Shown here in pieces: positions 9,769 through 19,466 of a stretch of DNA of 64,000 bases; the stretch's first letter is position 1, and every line of letters starts with the position of its first letter. The DNA comes from a virus (taxonomy: Duplodnaviria; Heunggongvirae; Uroviricota; Caudoviricetes): positions 64,001 to 128,000 of the IMG/VR virus record IMGVR_UViG_3300028666_000024; one strand, written 5' to 3'. Under the pieces are notes generated by a model. It searched no databases. It was not told where the DNA came from and was given only the letters and a program-made list of their open reading frames with translations. A program made the position numbers and the translations under genes.

Positions 9769-11010
9769 TTAATTAAGAATTATATCCACTTCAACTTTAC
9801 ACTTACTTCTAATAATTTTTTTTATTTTATCTATGAGAATATTCTTTTTGAATATATTCATTCCATGTGGAAACAACCAATTATCTTGAGCAAAGAAATA
9901 TCTTCCAACATATTCTGGTAACTCTGATTCATCTGTAATTTCTTCGATTGAGTTGTGTGTGCAATCAAAATCTATTCCAACTTTTTTTGGACATCCTTTC
10001 AAATCTTTTAAAAGATTTCCACTACATCTGAAACTTCCTGCAACAGAGTGAGGACATCCTTCTAATGTTGTTAGTCCTAAATCTGCACAAGTAAAATTAC
10101 CATCAACCTTTTTAAATTTAATTATTAATTTTCCATCTCTTGCAAAATTTTCGTCTAGATAAACACTCTCTTTAGAATCATATGTTCCATCAGGATTCTT
10201 AGTAAATTTTTTAAACAATTTCTCAGTTATTTCTTCTTCACTCATAGGTTTAAATATTTCTGCTTCCTTTTTAAGTATTCCTAAGTAATTTAAAAGATTA
10301 TTTTTGATATATATAGGACTATCATCTGCAATTGAAAATTTATTTTTGAGATATATATTATTATCATTTGCATTAAACCATTCTATTATTTCATAATTTG
10401 GATAAATTGCTACTGCTATCTTTTGAAAATACTTCTTAACAGATTCACTACTTTTATCTTCATGTCTATCTGTAAAATTATTTTTTAAATCCTCAATATC
10501 CTTTATCATTATAAAATAAAATGCTACCCCTCGGTTTGTATATTCGTCAAAATAATTTGAACTCTTTGCGCTGATACACCACTTGGTATTTGCTCCATAT
10601 ATCTGTGCAGCTTCCTTTGTAAGAATTTTAAAAATTTGACACTTTTCATTTTCAAATACTTTTAAAGCACCTTTAGTCTTTAAAACACTTTGTACTTCAT
10701 TTTTAGAAGGAGGAAGACTATCTAAGGCCTTTTTCAATCCTCTTAGAAAATATTTATTAATATCTTTCTCTTTAAGTCTATTTAAATTCTTTTCAAATTT
10801 TTCTAATAATTCAACAACTTCGTCTGTATACTCAAAGGCTCTGTGCATAATATCTGTACTGTTCTTTATAAGAAACTTTACAAACTTTGATTTATTTTGA
10901 AGTCTGCTGTTAATATCTCTTATAGTTATTTTAGCAATATCAGTAAGATTACTCTTTTCAAGTTCATCTTCTATCTTAGATTCTATCAAATAAAAACTTT
11001 TAAAGTTCAA
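9769..11010 (-). CDS. Tagged hypothetical protein with WCI module and C-terminal LRR-like repeats
   Basis: MNFKSFYLIE start; YGANTKWCIS..YFDEY; G.F.C....L..L.GCP..V repeats. Confidence 0.6.
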   Translation of the reverse strand: MNFKSFYLIESKIEDELEKSNLTDIAKITIRDINSRLQNKSKFVKFLIKNSTDIMHRAFEYTDEVVELLEKFEKNLNRLKEKDINKYFLRGLKKALDSLPPSKNEVQSVLKTKGALKVFENEKCQIFKILTKEAAQIYGANTKWCISAKSSNYFDEYTNRGVAFYFIMIKDIEDLKNNFTDRHEDKSSESVKKYFQKIAVAIYPNYEIIEWFNANDNNIYLKNKFSIADDSPIYIKNNLLNYLGILKKEAEIFKPMSEEEITEKLFKKFTKNPDGTYDSKESVYLDENFARDGKLIIKFKKVDGNFTCADLGLTTLEGCPHSVAGSFRCSGNLLKDLKGCPKKVGIDFDCTHNSIEEITDESELPEYVGRYFFAQDNWLFPHGMNIFKKNILIDKIKKIIRSKCKVEVDIILN

Positions 11011-11836
11011 TTTTAAACTCCTTTTGAAATTCTTGCCAAACTAAATATAAACGACTTATCAACTTTTTTAAACCTTTTGAATTATTTTTTCTCAAATGTT
11101 CTTTATATTCAAACTTTAAAAAATGTTCTATAAAAATCTTTTGAAACGCTATAAAATTTGTTAAATACTTTTTTAATGCAATCTTGTTTTCTTTTTCACA
11201 ATTCAATAAAAATTCCTGTATTTGATATAAAGCTTGATTCCAATGAGAGTTTTTTTCTGTTCCTGAATCATAATATTTTTTTAGTCTTAGACTTTTATTC
11301 TGCAACTCTGTAGTAGTTATTTTTTTATTTTTAATAATAGAAAATTTAAATTTTATATCATCCAGATAATGATTAACTTCATGAGCTACTGTTCCCCATC
11401 CAATCCTAGTAATCTCATCCCATATCTTATAACCGTCCCATTCAACAAATGAGTTATTAAGAATATAAAACGTTATTTCATATTCTACACCGATAAAATT
11501 TTGAAGTAATGAAATAGGAATTTTATTTATTTGTTCTTTAATATTTGTATATGATGCTAATGCTCCTACTTCTCTACCATCTATTTCACTTTTAAATTTT
11601 AGAAATAATCCTTTATATTCAGGATCAAGTATTCCAACATCAATCTTATATGTATTAAAACAATCTCTATATACTCCACCATATGTGAAGAATAAATCCT
11701 CTTCAATAAGTTTTAAACTACCATTTTTATAAGAAGCAAAAGAAATCCACTTTCTAACCTTTTCAACAAAGATTTTAACTTCTTTTGCTCTTTCTAAATC
11801 TTCTCTTTCTAAGAAATAAAATTGTTTGAAATTCAT
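11000..11836 (-). CDS. Tagged hypothetical protein with HExxH zincin-like motif
   Basis: MNFKQFYFLE start; TVAHEVNHYLD. Confidence 0.55.
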   Translation of the reverse strand: MNFKQFYFLEREDLERAKEVKIFVEKVRKWISFASYKNGSLKLIEEDLFFTYGGVYRDCFNTYKIDVGILDPEYKGLFLKFKSEIDGREVGALASYTNIKEQINKIPISLLQNFIGVEYEITFYILNNSFVEWDGYKIWDEITRIGWGTVAHEVNHYLDDIKFKFSIIKNKKITTTELQNKSLRLKKYYDSGTEKNSHWNQALYQIQEFLLNCEKENKIALKKYLTNFIAFQKIFIEHFLKFEYKEHLRKNNSKGLKKLISRLYLVWQEFQKEFKIEL

Positions 11837-11838
11837 AA

Positions 11839-12177
11839 TTAAATCTCTCCCAATACAACAAGCAAATCCAACGCAGCATTAACATTTGTAACTCCCTCTT
11901 TCTCAAGATTGGGAGAGTCAACTGATCGTGCAACATACAATCCTTCATGAATTCTATATACAACACCAAACTCATTCTTTCCTTCTATATTTGTGAAGAA
12001 TACTCTCCAAATCTCACCTTCACTAACAGACTCAAACTCAATACGAATATCACTTCCCTCAATCTTGTAAACTTTATCCTTCTGAATCTCTTCAAAAGCA
12101 ACAGTCTCTTCCAAAGGAATTTTATAAGTTTGATAACGATTTTTCAATGATTTTAATGTTATATAATCTTTGAGCAT
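11839..12177 (-). CDS. Hypothetical protein
   Basis: 112-aa ORF coupled to the upstream small terminase-like gene. Confidence 0.6.
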   Translation of the reverse strand: MLKDYITLKSLKNRYQTYKIPLEETVAFEEIQKDKVYKIEGSDIRIEFESVSEGEIWRVFFTNIEGKNEFGVVYRIHEGLYVARSVDSPNLEKEGVTNVNAALDLLVVLGEI

Positions 12178-12710
12178 TACTTTCTATCCTCCACAGTGAA
12201 TGTAGCATCAATTGCTGTCATTGTAGAATTATCTCTTGCTTTGTTCACCAAATCTAAAAGTTGAGATGCATTCATGGTTATCTTTCCACCATCAGGAATA
12301 TCTTTAACTGAATTTATTTTGTTCAAATCCATCTTTGCTTTGAAAATTGCTTGGTCAAGTTCTCGAAGTTCTTTATAAGCTTCAGTAAGAGTTTTTACAA
12401 GTTCACCATAAACTTTGTGAGAATATGCCTTGGTTCCTATTCTAATATCAGCTTCAAGTTTCTCCATGACAAGTTCAGTCTTTATAATCATATTTTTCAA
12501 ACCTTCACGAAGTTCTACTTGGTCTTCAAAAATTTCAACACCTGTTGTCTTTAATGCAATAACTTCATTCTTCTGTCTTGTCAAACTTTCAAAAGTATTC
12601 AAAAGAGTTAAGGAAGTCTCTTGAACATTTTCTTCAGGAACAAATGATGTATCTAATTTTTGAGAAATTTTTTCTAATGAATCAAAAACTTTCTCGTTCG
12701 ATTCTGGCAT
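12177..12710 (-). CDS. gp16: Probable terminase small subunit
   Basis: Helical protein with VYGELVKTLTEAYKELREL and ITMNASQLLDLV, typical of T4-like gp16; in the late operon upstream of gp17. Confidence 0.65.
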   Translation of the reverse strand: MPESNEKVFDSLEKISQKLDTSFVPEENVQETSLTLLNTFESLTRQKNEVIALKTTGVEIFEDQVELREGLKNMIIKTELVMEKLEADIRIGTKAYSHKVYGELVKTLTEAYKELRELDQAIFKAKMDLNKINSVKDIPDGGKITMNASQLLDLVNKARDNSTMTAIDATFTVEDRK

Positions 12711-12732
12711 TATAATCCTCCTATTATCTAAT

Positions 12733-12740
12733 TATTTATA
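12733..12740 (-). promoter_or_regulatory. T4-type late promoter (terminase operon)
   Basis: Exact TATAAATA upstream of the 12710 start. Confidence 0.75.
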
Positions 12741-12754
12741 ATTTTGGATTTTAT

Positions 12755-12783
12755 TTGCAATTTATCCCGGCATAGATTATATT
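12755..12783 (+). promoter_or_regulatory. Sigma70-type early promoter, class A
   Basis: TTGCAA-17 nt (CCGGCATA)-TATATT. Confidence 0.7.
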
Positions 12784-12841
12784 TATTACAGAACTTCAAT
12801 ATGCAGAGATTCTTCCTGAAGGGAACCATTTAAAATAGTTC

Positions 12842-12870
12842 TTGCTTTTTATTCTGGCATGTTGTATATT
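12842..12870 (+). promoter_or_regulatory. Sigma70-type early promoter, class A (tandem)
   Basis: TTGCTT-17 nt (CTGGCATG)-TATATT. Confidence 0.7.
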
Positions 12871-12923
12871 ATTCATGAAAGAGATTTAAAATAAATTCAT
12901 AAATATTTTAAAAGGAGATTCAA

Positions 12924-13280
12924 ATGCCGTGCGATTCAGTCATAACAGTCAAAATGTCCGAGAAGGTTAATTACGAAATCTTTCAGGCCGAAGCTGCTGC
13001 AAAGGCTATGGGAATGGATGTTGTTAAACGGGGAAATTCCCTCTACATCACTCATAACGGTGTAAGTATGGTTCTCCGGGATGGAACTCTATCGGCAGAA
13101 GTTCAGTCTTACAATTATTCTGACAGAAAGAAGGAAGAGGAAAAGATTCAGGAAGTTCGAAAAAAACTCAACCTCGGATATCAGCAAAAGAACGTCGAAA
13201 AAGATATGCTCAGAAACGGATTCCGGCCTCTCTCTGCACCCCAAGGACCGACTATGAAGGTTGAATGGGTGAGAATCTAA
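12924..13280 (+). CDS. Hypothetical protein (weakly DUF1257/Ycf35-like)
   Basis: 118 aa, strong RBS; MPC start and LNLGYQ...KDMLRNGF C-terminal pattern. Confidence 0.55.
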   Translation: MPCDSVITVKMSEKVNYEIFQAEAAAKAMGMDVVKRGNSLYITHNGVSMVLRDGTLSAEVQSYNYSDRKKEEEKIQEVRKKLNLGYQQKNVEKDMLRNGFRPLSAPQGPTMKVEWVRI

Positions 13281-13282
13281 TC

Positions 13283-13873
13283 ATGCCTTATACCGTGACA
13301 TTTATCTGCACAGGAAACACTTGCAGAAGCGCTATGGGTGAAGCAATAACCAAATCACTACTGCTTCCATATAAGAATATCAAGGTTGATTCTTGTGGTA
13401 TTCAAACTACCACAGGAACCCCTGCCTCTGTTAATTCTAAAATTGTTAGCAAACAAAACGGTATTGATCTTAACAAACATCGTTCCCGGAAGATGACTTA
13501 CAAAATCCTTCAGAACTCAAACTTGATTCTTTGTATGGAAGATTTACATATGGATAGAATTATATCTCTCTATCCTGAATTCAAAGACAAAATCTTCAGA
13601 CTGAAAAGTTGGATGAAAGTTTCAAAACCTACTAACGGCAATAAAAAAATTCAACACCCTACAGTGAAAACAAATAAGTCTTTCGATTCATATTACGATA
13701 AAGATATATGGAACTCTTTTTTTGGTGATTATGATGAAGAAAATTATGCTGACAACATTCCAGATCCTTATGGCGGCAACCTCAAAGAATATGAGATGAC
13801 CTTCAAAGAGATATATCAGGAAGTAAAAAGAGTAGTTCCTTTTATCATTGCTGCTGCTAATAAAGGTTCTTAA
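13283..13873 (+). CDS. Low-molecular-weight phosphatase, YwlE-type (protein-arginine phosphatase-like)
   Basis: P-loop FICTGNTCRSAMGE and catalytic D-loop IPDPYGG; start taken at ATG 13283. Confidence 0.85.
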   Translation: MPYTVTFICTGNTCRSAMGEAITKSLLLPYKNIKVDSCGIQTTTGTPASVNSKIVSKQNGIDLNKHRSRKMTYKILQNSNLILCMEDLHMDRIISLYPEFKDKIFRLKSWMKVSKPTNGNKKIQHPTVKTNKSFDSYYDKDIWNSFFGDYDEENYADNIPDPYGGNLKEYEMTFKEIYQEVKRVVPFIIAAANKGS

Positions 13874-16800
13874 GAAATTCAACTTCAAAACCAATTGGAT
13901 AGTTTTGAATTGTAGCTATATCTCCATGTAGAGCCGTTATATCTCCTGTCTCTCCTATGAATGATGTTACTCCTTCAATATTTGGGCCAATAATTCTAAC
14001 ATTATCACCAATTTTAAAATTTTCTTTCTTCTTTTCCCCGGTTTTATTTTCAATTTTTTTAGAATCTTCCTCTTTAGAACTTCCTTCTTTGTTAATTAAT
14101 TTTAAACACTTATATGTATCAGAAAATATATTAAAACCATGATAAGGTTTTGTTATTGATGAATATTGATGAAATAATTTATTTTCATCGTCCCATTCAA
14201 TAGTCATATACATTTCCTGAATTTTCTTAACTGTTCCTTTCATTCCTATATTAAAAACTATACCACTTTCGATAAAATCTTTTATGACTTCTATTCTATC
14301 ACCAATTTTAAAATTTTCTTTCTTCTTTTCCCCGGTTTTATTTTCAATTTTTTTTTCAATTTTTTTAATCTTATCATATCCAATATATCCACTCATAGAA
14401 GATACCCAATCTACCCAACACACAGTAGAGTAGACGCTTATAATAACTCCGGTATCTCCTCTTTTTACACTTCCAATTGTTTTAATACATTCAACAAAAT
14501 CACCACTTTTAAACTTTCTTTCTTCCTTCTTTTCAACAGGAATATCTTCATCTTTGATTAATTCTAAACTTTTACCATAATAACTACCGTACTCATCAAA
14601 ATAATCATTTGTATCTAAACTACGTTTTAATTTATATAGACCAATAGTATATATTTTTCTGCCGACAGAGGTGGAAGGTATTGTTTGTATTTTCCCCCAT
14701 TTGCCGAGATAATCATCCTTCGTATTATAAATATTATTACCTATAATATTTACTTTATCACCAATTTTAAACTTCTCTTTTAATTTTAAAGAATCATCAA
14801 GTCTTAGAAATCCTAATCCGAAATATGGTGCTGATATTAGTGACATTTTTCTTAAATTTTTATCAGCAACATTAGCAACTTTCTTATTCCAACTAACAGT
14901 TATTAAATTTTTTGAACCAGTAGAGTCAGCGGTACGAACTATTCCAGTTTCACCTTTTTTATACACAAAACCATTCTTTATAAAATCTTTCATAACCTCT
15001 ATGGTGTCTCCAACCTCAATACCTATTGGAAATTTGTAAGATGAATCTATAGGTATACGTGTATCTTTTTTCTTTCCTTCCTGATTCTTTTCAACTTTTT
15101 TAACCTGAGTAGGATAAAATGTGGAAGTTTTTGTTTTTTCCTTATTCCACACTTCATAATTTGTAAATTTACCATTAGTGCTATAAACCTCTTTTACTTC
15201 ATATTCTTCGCCTACTTTATATGAGTTCCTAGTAGTGTGAAGAATTTTAACAGTATCCCCTGCCTTTATACCCTTTTCTAATTCATTTCCAATTACTTTT
15301 AAACTTTCCTTTGGAAATAATTTTAAAACTGCGCTCGTTAAAGTAACCTGATAAAGATTCTTATCCAGAAATATTAAACCTACTCTACCCTCACCACCAA
15401 TATATAAGGTATTATCTTTATCGTCAGGCCCTACAATTTGAACAAAATCACCAATTTTTATTTTTTTAGAATCTTCCTCTTCATCTTTGATTTTTTCTAT
15501 ACTGTTCTTTGGAAAAAGATAAGAATGAGGATTATCACCTACTACTACCCAATAAGTATCGGAATGAGGATAATCACTATAATTTTCAATTGTTCCTATC
15601 TCTCCTATTTTATCTATACCTGAAACAGTTTTTCCAATTATCTTAACTTTATCACCTATTTTAAAAGTTTTCGAATTCTCTTCAGAAGACTTTTTAACAA
15701 TTTTAAAATATTCAGGAGTTAAGAAATTTACACCAATAACAAAGTTTTTTGAACCATCAGTCCATACTTCTTTATCCCACTCAATCTCTATTCCTGAACC
15801 TTGATTACTACCCATATAAATAATTTTTGCTTGCTCACCTACACGAAAGGTTTTACTATCTTCTGTGAATTTTTTTACAACTTCAATTATATCACCTATT
15901 TTTAGGGTTATATCTCCAAACTTAAAACCATGCATATTTCCATCATAATCTTTCTTTTCTTCAAACGGTTTATCTGTCTTCTTAACATCATTAAAACCAT
16001 ACCAATTTTCAAGTTTATATGTATACATAATCTTATATGGTAATTTTCTATCTTGCATATCAACCTTAATAATTTTACAGATGTCTCCTTTATGTCCATC
16101 TTTTGTTGTTACAATTTCTACAACATCTCCAACCTTTAAAGCATTTGCAAAAACATTTGAAAATTTTCCCTTCTTAACAACTTGTAAATTTTCTTTTTTA
16201 AGAAGGACAGAAGATTTTTTATCTAAAGTGTAAATTTTAATAAATTCTTCATCAACATATTTAACCTCAGAAATAGAATCAACCATTTTTTGTGCTTCAT
16301 TATTAAGTTCTGGTGCTGACTTGATATAGACATAATCACCCTTCATAATCTCACCATCAAGATCTGCAAGAAGTTTATTTCGAAGATTTATCATACTCTT
16401 TAAAATAACAGGTTGTTCTTGAGTTTTATAAATTTTTAAAGCAGAGTCAAGAATTTTTTCTATTTTTATCTTTTTATTTTTATATAAACTTTCTATAGAT
16501 TTACAACACAACATTTGATGACCGTTAAAACTTTTTGTAGTTTTTATTAGTTTATCTAAATAATCTCCTTTTTTTGTTTTACCATTTTTAATAAAATATT
16601 TTACACAACTTATTATTATTTTTGTTTTATTTTTAACTTCTTTTGAATTTTCTGGATTATTTAACATATCTTCAGCAATATAAAGAAAAACTTTGTATGC
16701 ATTTATCTCTGTTAATGCGCTGAAAATAAACCATATTGAATCTGATTTACTAGCACAATTTTTTGCTAATGTTTCTAAATCAAGTGGTAATTTTGCACCA

Positions 16801-18125
16801 ATCCATGTAATTTGCCATTCTTTAGGAAAGTTGTTTATATAATTGATATTAGAATGATCTTCAGGATTTGGTTTAAATTTTCCTTTTAAAACCTTTGTTA
16901 CAAAATATTTAAAAAGTTTTAACTGATCTTCTGAAATTTGAAAATCAGCAACTGGTCTGCGTTCTCTTTCTGGTCTTGGTTCTTGATTGGTAATATAATC
17001 ATCATCGTCATTGTATTCTTCACTCGAACCTAATATATTTCTTGATGTTTCTCTTGGTATTAAATCTTTTCTCGTATCATAACTATCTCTTTGTGGAGGA
17101 AGATTATCGTTGTCAGGTATATCTTCAACCTTATCGGCAGAGTGACCAAACAAATCCTTATAAGCAGCATAGAAGGCCGGTTGAATTTGTGGAGAACACC
17201 ACGGAATTAACTTCTGATATGAAATTGGTTTTGTTTCATCTTTCTCATAAACAAATTCTGAGTTTCTGTGTTTATCATATGTCTTTATATATTCTCCTTC
17301 TGCATTTTTTAGAGGTATTTTATTACCATAAATATCTCTTTTATATGGATGTGAAATATCCGCTTTCAAATCTATAAGAGTGCTACTAACATGAACACCT
17401 CTCCATTTAGTTAATATAGATCCATTATTATGCTCAATATCAACAACATGGTCTATTGCTCCATATATTTCTCTACTCTTTTCATCTAATTCAAACTTCT
17501 TATAAGCAGACTCCATAGCCATCCAAGCATCAGCGATATCCTTCCACGCCTTACCACCATATGAATACTCCATAGCCGCGATATCCTTCCACGCCTTACC
17601 ACCATATGAAGAATGCCACATATTATATCTTTGTGAAAAAGCTACTTTACAAAAATATACAAAGTCTGAAGGATTAAACCCACTAATATGAGAAATTACC
17701 TTCCATCTTATTTCATATCTATTACCTTCTGCATTTAATCTTTGTAAACTATAACCATCTTCATCTGGATTTATAGCATTTGCAAGTTTTTCAAACATAT
17801 TTTTAAGATATTCATTTTTTTCTAAAAATTCTTCTTGTAAAGATGTATCATAAAATGCTTGAAAATGAACAATTTCACAAGCACATGCCCGGAGAACTGC
17901 TTCATTCAAAAATTTATAAAGACCTTTGATTATCTGTTTGTTTGCATATTCCAAAGAAAATCCCAATTCTTCATCCCTTAAATCTTTGAATGCATCTGCG
18001 TCTGTCTTGTGAACGGAGAACATTGCATAGAAGTCGGCAACAAGTTGGTTAGGATCTTTAGGAATTCTATAATCAAAATTAAATCCTTCTTTTAAAACAC
18101 TTTTATAAAAATCTGAAAATTTCAT
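13857..18125 (-). CDS. Giant tagged protein (about 1422 aa) with 11 KOW/SH3-like repeats in the C-terminal half
   Basis: Start MKFSDFY overlaps the gp15 stop (TAATG); repeated (F/I/L)K(I/V)GD.V.(I/V) units. Confidence 0.7.
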   Translation of the reverse strand: MKFSDFYKSVLKEGFNFDYRIPKDPNQLVADFYAMFSVHKTDADAFKDLRDEELGFSLEYANKQIIKGLYKFLNEAVLRACACEIVHFQAFYDTSLQEEFLEKNEYLKNMFEKLANAINPDEDGYSLQRLNAEGNRYEIRWKVISHISGFNPSDFVYFCKVAFSQRYNMWHSSYGGKAWKDIAAMEYSYGGKAWKDIADAWMAMESAYKKFELDEKSREIYGAIDHVVDIEHNNGSILTKWRGVHVSSTLIDLKADISHPYKRDIYGNKIPLKNAEGEYIKTYDKHRNSEFVYEKDETKPISYQKLIPWCSPQIQPAFYAAYKDLFGHSADKVEDIPDNDNLPPQRDSYDTRKDLIPRETSRNILGSSEEYNDDDDYITNQEPRPERERRPVADFQISEDQLKLFKYFVTKVLKGKFKPNPEDHSNINYINNFPKEWQITWIGAKLPLDLETLAKNCASKSDSIWFIFSALTEINAYKVFLYIAEDMLNNPENSKEVKNKTKIIISCVKYFIKNGKTKKGDYLDKLIKTTKSFNGHQMLCCKSIESLYKNKKIKIEKILDSALKIYKTQEQPVILKSMINLRNKLLADLDGEIMKGDYVYIKSAPELNNEAQKMVDSISEVKYVDEEFIKIYTLDKKSSVLLKKENLQVVKKGKFSNVFANALKVGDVVEIVTTKDGHKGDICKIIKVDMQDRKLPYKIMYTYKLENWYGFNDVKKTDKPFEEKKDYDGNMHGFKFGDITLKIGDIIEVVKKFTEDSKTFRVGEQAKIIYMGSNQGSGIEIEWDKEVWTDGSKNFVIGVNFLTPEYFKIVKKSSEENSKTFKIGDKVKIIGKTVSGIDKIGEIGTIENYSDYPHSDTYWVVVGDNPHSYLFPKNSIEKIKDEEEDSKKIKIGDFVQIVGPDDKDNTLYIGGEGRVGLIFLDKNLYQVTLTSAVLKLFPKESLKVIGNELEKGIKAGDTVKILHTTRNSYKVGEEYEVKEVYSTNGKFTNYEVWNKEKTKTSTFYPTQVKKVEKNQEGKKKDTRIPIDSSYKFPIGIEVGDTIEVMKDFIKNGFVYKKGETGIVRTADSTGSKNLITVSWNKKVANVADKNLRKMSLISAPYFGLGFLRLDDSLKLKEKFKIGDKVNIIGNNIYNTKDDYLGKWGKIQTIPSTSVGRKIYTIGLYKLKRSLDTNDYFDEYGSYYGKSLELIKDEDIPVEKKEERKFKSGDFVECIKTIGSVKRGDTGVIISVYSTVCWVDWVSSMSGYIGYDKIKKIEKKIENKTGEKKKENFKIGDRIEVIKDFIESGIVFNIGMKGTVKKIQEMYMTIEWDDENKLFHQYSSITKPYHGFNIFSDTYKCLKLINKEGSSKEEDSKKIENKTGEKKKENFKIGDNVRIIGPNIEGVTSFIGETGDITALHGDIATIQNYPIGFEVEFLKNLY
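14003..14354. repeat. 58-bp direct repeat (14003-14060 and 14297-14354), in frame
   Basis: Encodes KKIENKTGEKKKENFKIGD twice, 294 bp apart. Confidence 0.9.
17533..17610. repeat. 33-bp perfect direct repeat (17533-17565 and 17578-17610)
   Basis: Encodes SYGGKAWKDIA twice; 45-bp period keeps the frame. Confidence 0.9.
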
Positions 18126-18961
18126 TATGCTAAGTTCTCCCCTTGAAACCACTCGTAAGATAAATTACTATTTAGATTTGTTCCACTCAAATTAAAATCT
18201 CCCGGTGTCAAACTTCCAGATAAAGGAACATCATCAGATAAAAGAACACCAGATAATCCTATACTATCTATTTCTGAATTATTTATAAAATATCTCGTAT
18301 TGATTACTTGTATAATACTTGCTGGACTCCAAGGACGATACACAACAGCTTCAACAGTCAATGGTAAATCTAAATTAATTTGTCTGTAATCATTCTCACC
18401 GATATCTTCTGTAATCCTTGGACTGATACTATCAATATTTACCGGAAAAGTTCTTTCAATATTTAAAAAACTAAACTCCTTAACCCTCAACTGAAGTTTT
18501 GGATTGAAATAAGGAAGAATATTTTCCAACAATTGAAACATAGACTCATATGAATCTGTTCTGATATATAACATAAAATTCAAATTGTATGGAGCAGGTT
18601 GAATATCTTTCATAATTTCACCAACACTATTTCCATCTACTCCTACTGTATCAGTCAACCACTCTCTTGTAGCTTCGACAGATGTTGCTCGGTCAGGGGC
18701 ATATGTCACTCCCTGAAAACATAATGCCATTCTCGGAAGTTTGATATAGAATCTTTGACCGTGCTCCTGATTATTTTTGTCAAAGTAATGATTCTGAAGC
18801 AACCACTGATATTCTTTCTCAGGTTGGTTTGCCATGATAGGAACTTCAACTGGATTTCCAACAGGATTTCCAGTTTTATCATATGTCTTTACAATCAAAT
18901 TTTTAAAAGTGTTTAATAAAGATTCTGTAATATTATACATCGTTCTAGGGTAATAATACAT
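18125..18961 (-). CDS. gp15: Tail terminator / sheath stabiliser
   Basis: YYY..T..N....L..F..L.V, VEVPI, LPRMAL, PAPYNLNF.L, FQLLENILPYFNP pattern of T4 gp15. Confidence 0.8.
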   Translation of the reverse strand: MYYYPRTMYNITESLLNTFKNLIVKTYDKTGNPVGNPVEVPIMANQPEKEYQWLLQNHYFDKNNQEHGQRFYIKLPRMALCFQGVTYAPDRATSVEATREWLTDTVGVDGNSVGEIMKDIQPAPYNLNFMLYIRTDSYESMFQLLENILPYFNPKLQLRVKEFSFLNIERTFPVNIDSISPRITEDIGENDYRQINLDLPLTVEAVVYRPWSPASIIQVINTRYFINNSEIDSIGLSGVLLSDDVPLSGSLTPGDFNLSGTNLNSNLSYEWFQGENLA

Positions 18962-18974
18962 TAGTTCAACTCCG

Positions 18975-19466
18975 TTATGGTCTGTTCCTTAAAAAATCAA
19001 TAAGTTCTTCCATTTGATATTCAGTTTCAAACTCTTCTGAATCAAGAGTTTCATAATTCTTTGAAAGCCAATCAACTCTTACCTTAAATGCTCCTGTCTT
19101 TTCAACCTCATACTTCTGGTCATATGTAATAGGATTAACCAAAGATATAATTAAAAATTTACCTTGATCTACTGTTCGAGCTCTTATTGCTCCTGTCTCT
19201 CCCATAAATGCAACCATATATCCCGAACCACTTCCCGGATCGTTATAATAACCTTTTGGAACTTCATATTTAAAAACCCTACTAATAATTCTATGATCAT
19301 TATTAACCATTATACAAGTTCCATCAGAAAGAACATATTCAGCTAAATCAATTCCATCAACAACATCAAAAATTTCTTTTGCACGTTTTTCAAGTTGAAC
19401 CGGATAATCTTGATCAGTAACTTTTAAAACTTTTGAAGCTTCATTATAAAATTTTTGAAATCTCAT
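18975..19466 (-). CDS. Tagged hypothetical protein (MRFQKFYNE start)
   Basis: Likely start at ATG 19466, matching the shared N-terminal tag. Confidence 0.55.
   Translation of the reverse strand: MRFQKFYNEASKVLKVTDQDYPVQLEKRAKEIFDVVDGIDLAEYVLSDGTCIMVNNDHRIISRVFKYEVPKGYYNDPGSGSGYMVAFMGETGAIRARTVDQGKFLIISLVNPITYDQKYEVEKTGAFKVRVDWLSKNYETLDSEEFETEYQMEELIDFLRNRP

Noticed and set aside
13283-13873. Arsenate reductase (ArsC) assignment
   Set aside because: ArsC of this fold typically has CTGNSCRS plus extra redox cysteines and ars context; here the loop is CTGNTCRS with DPYGG
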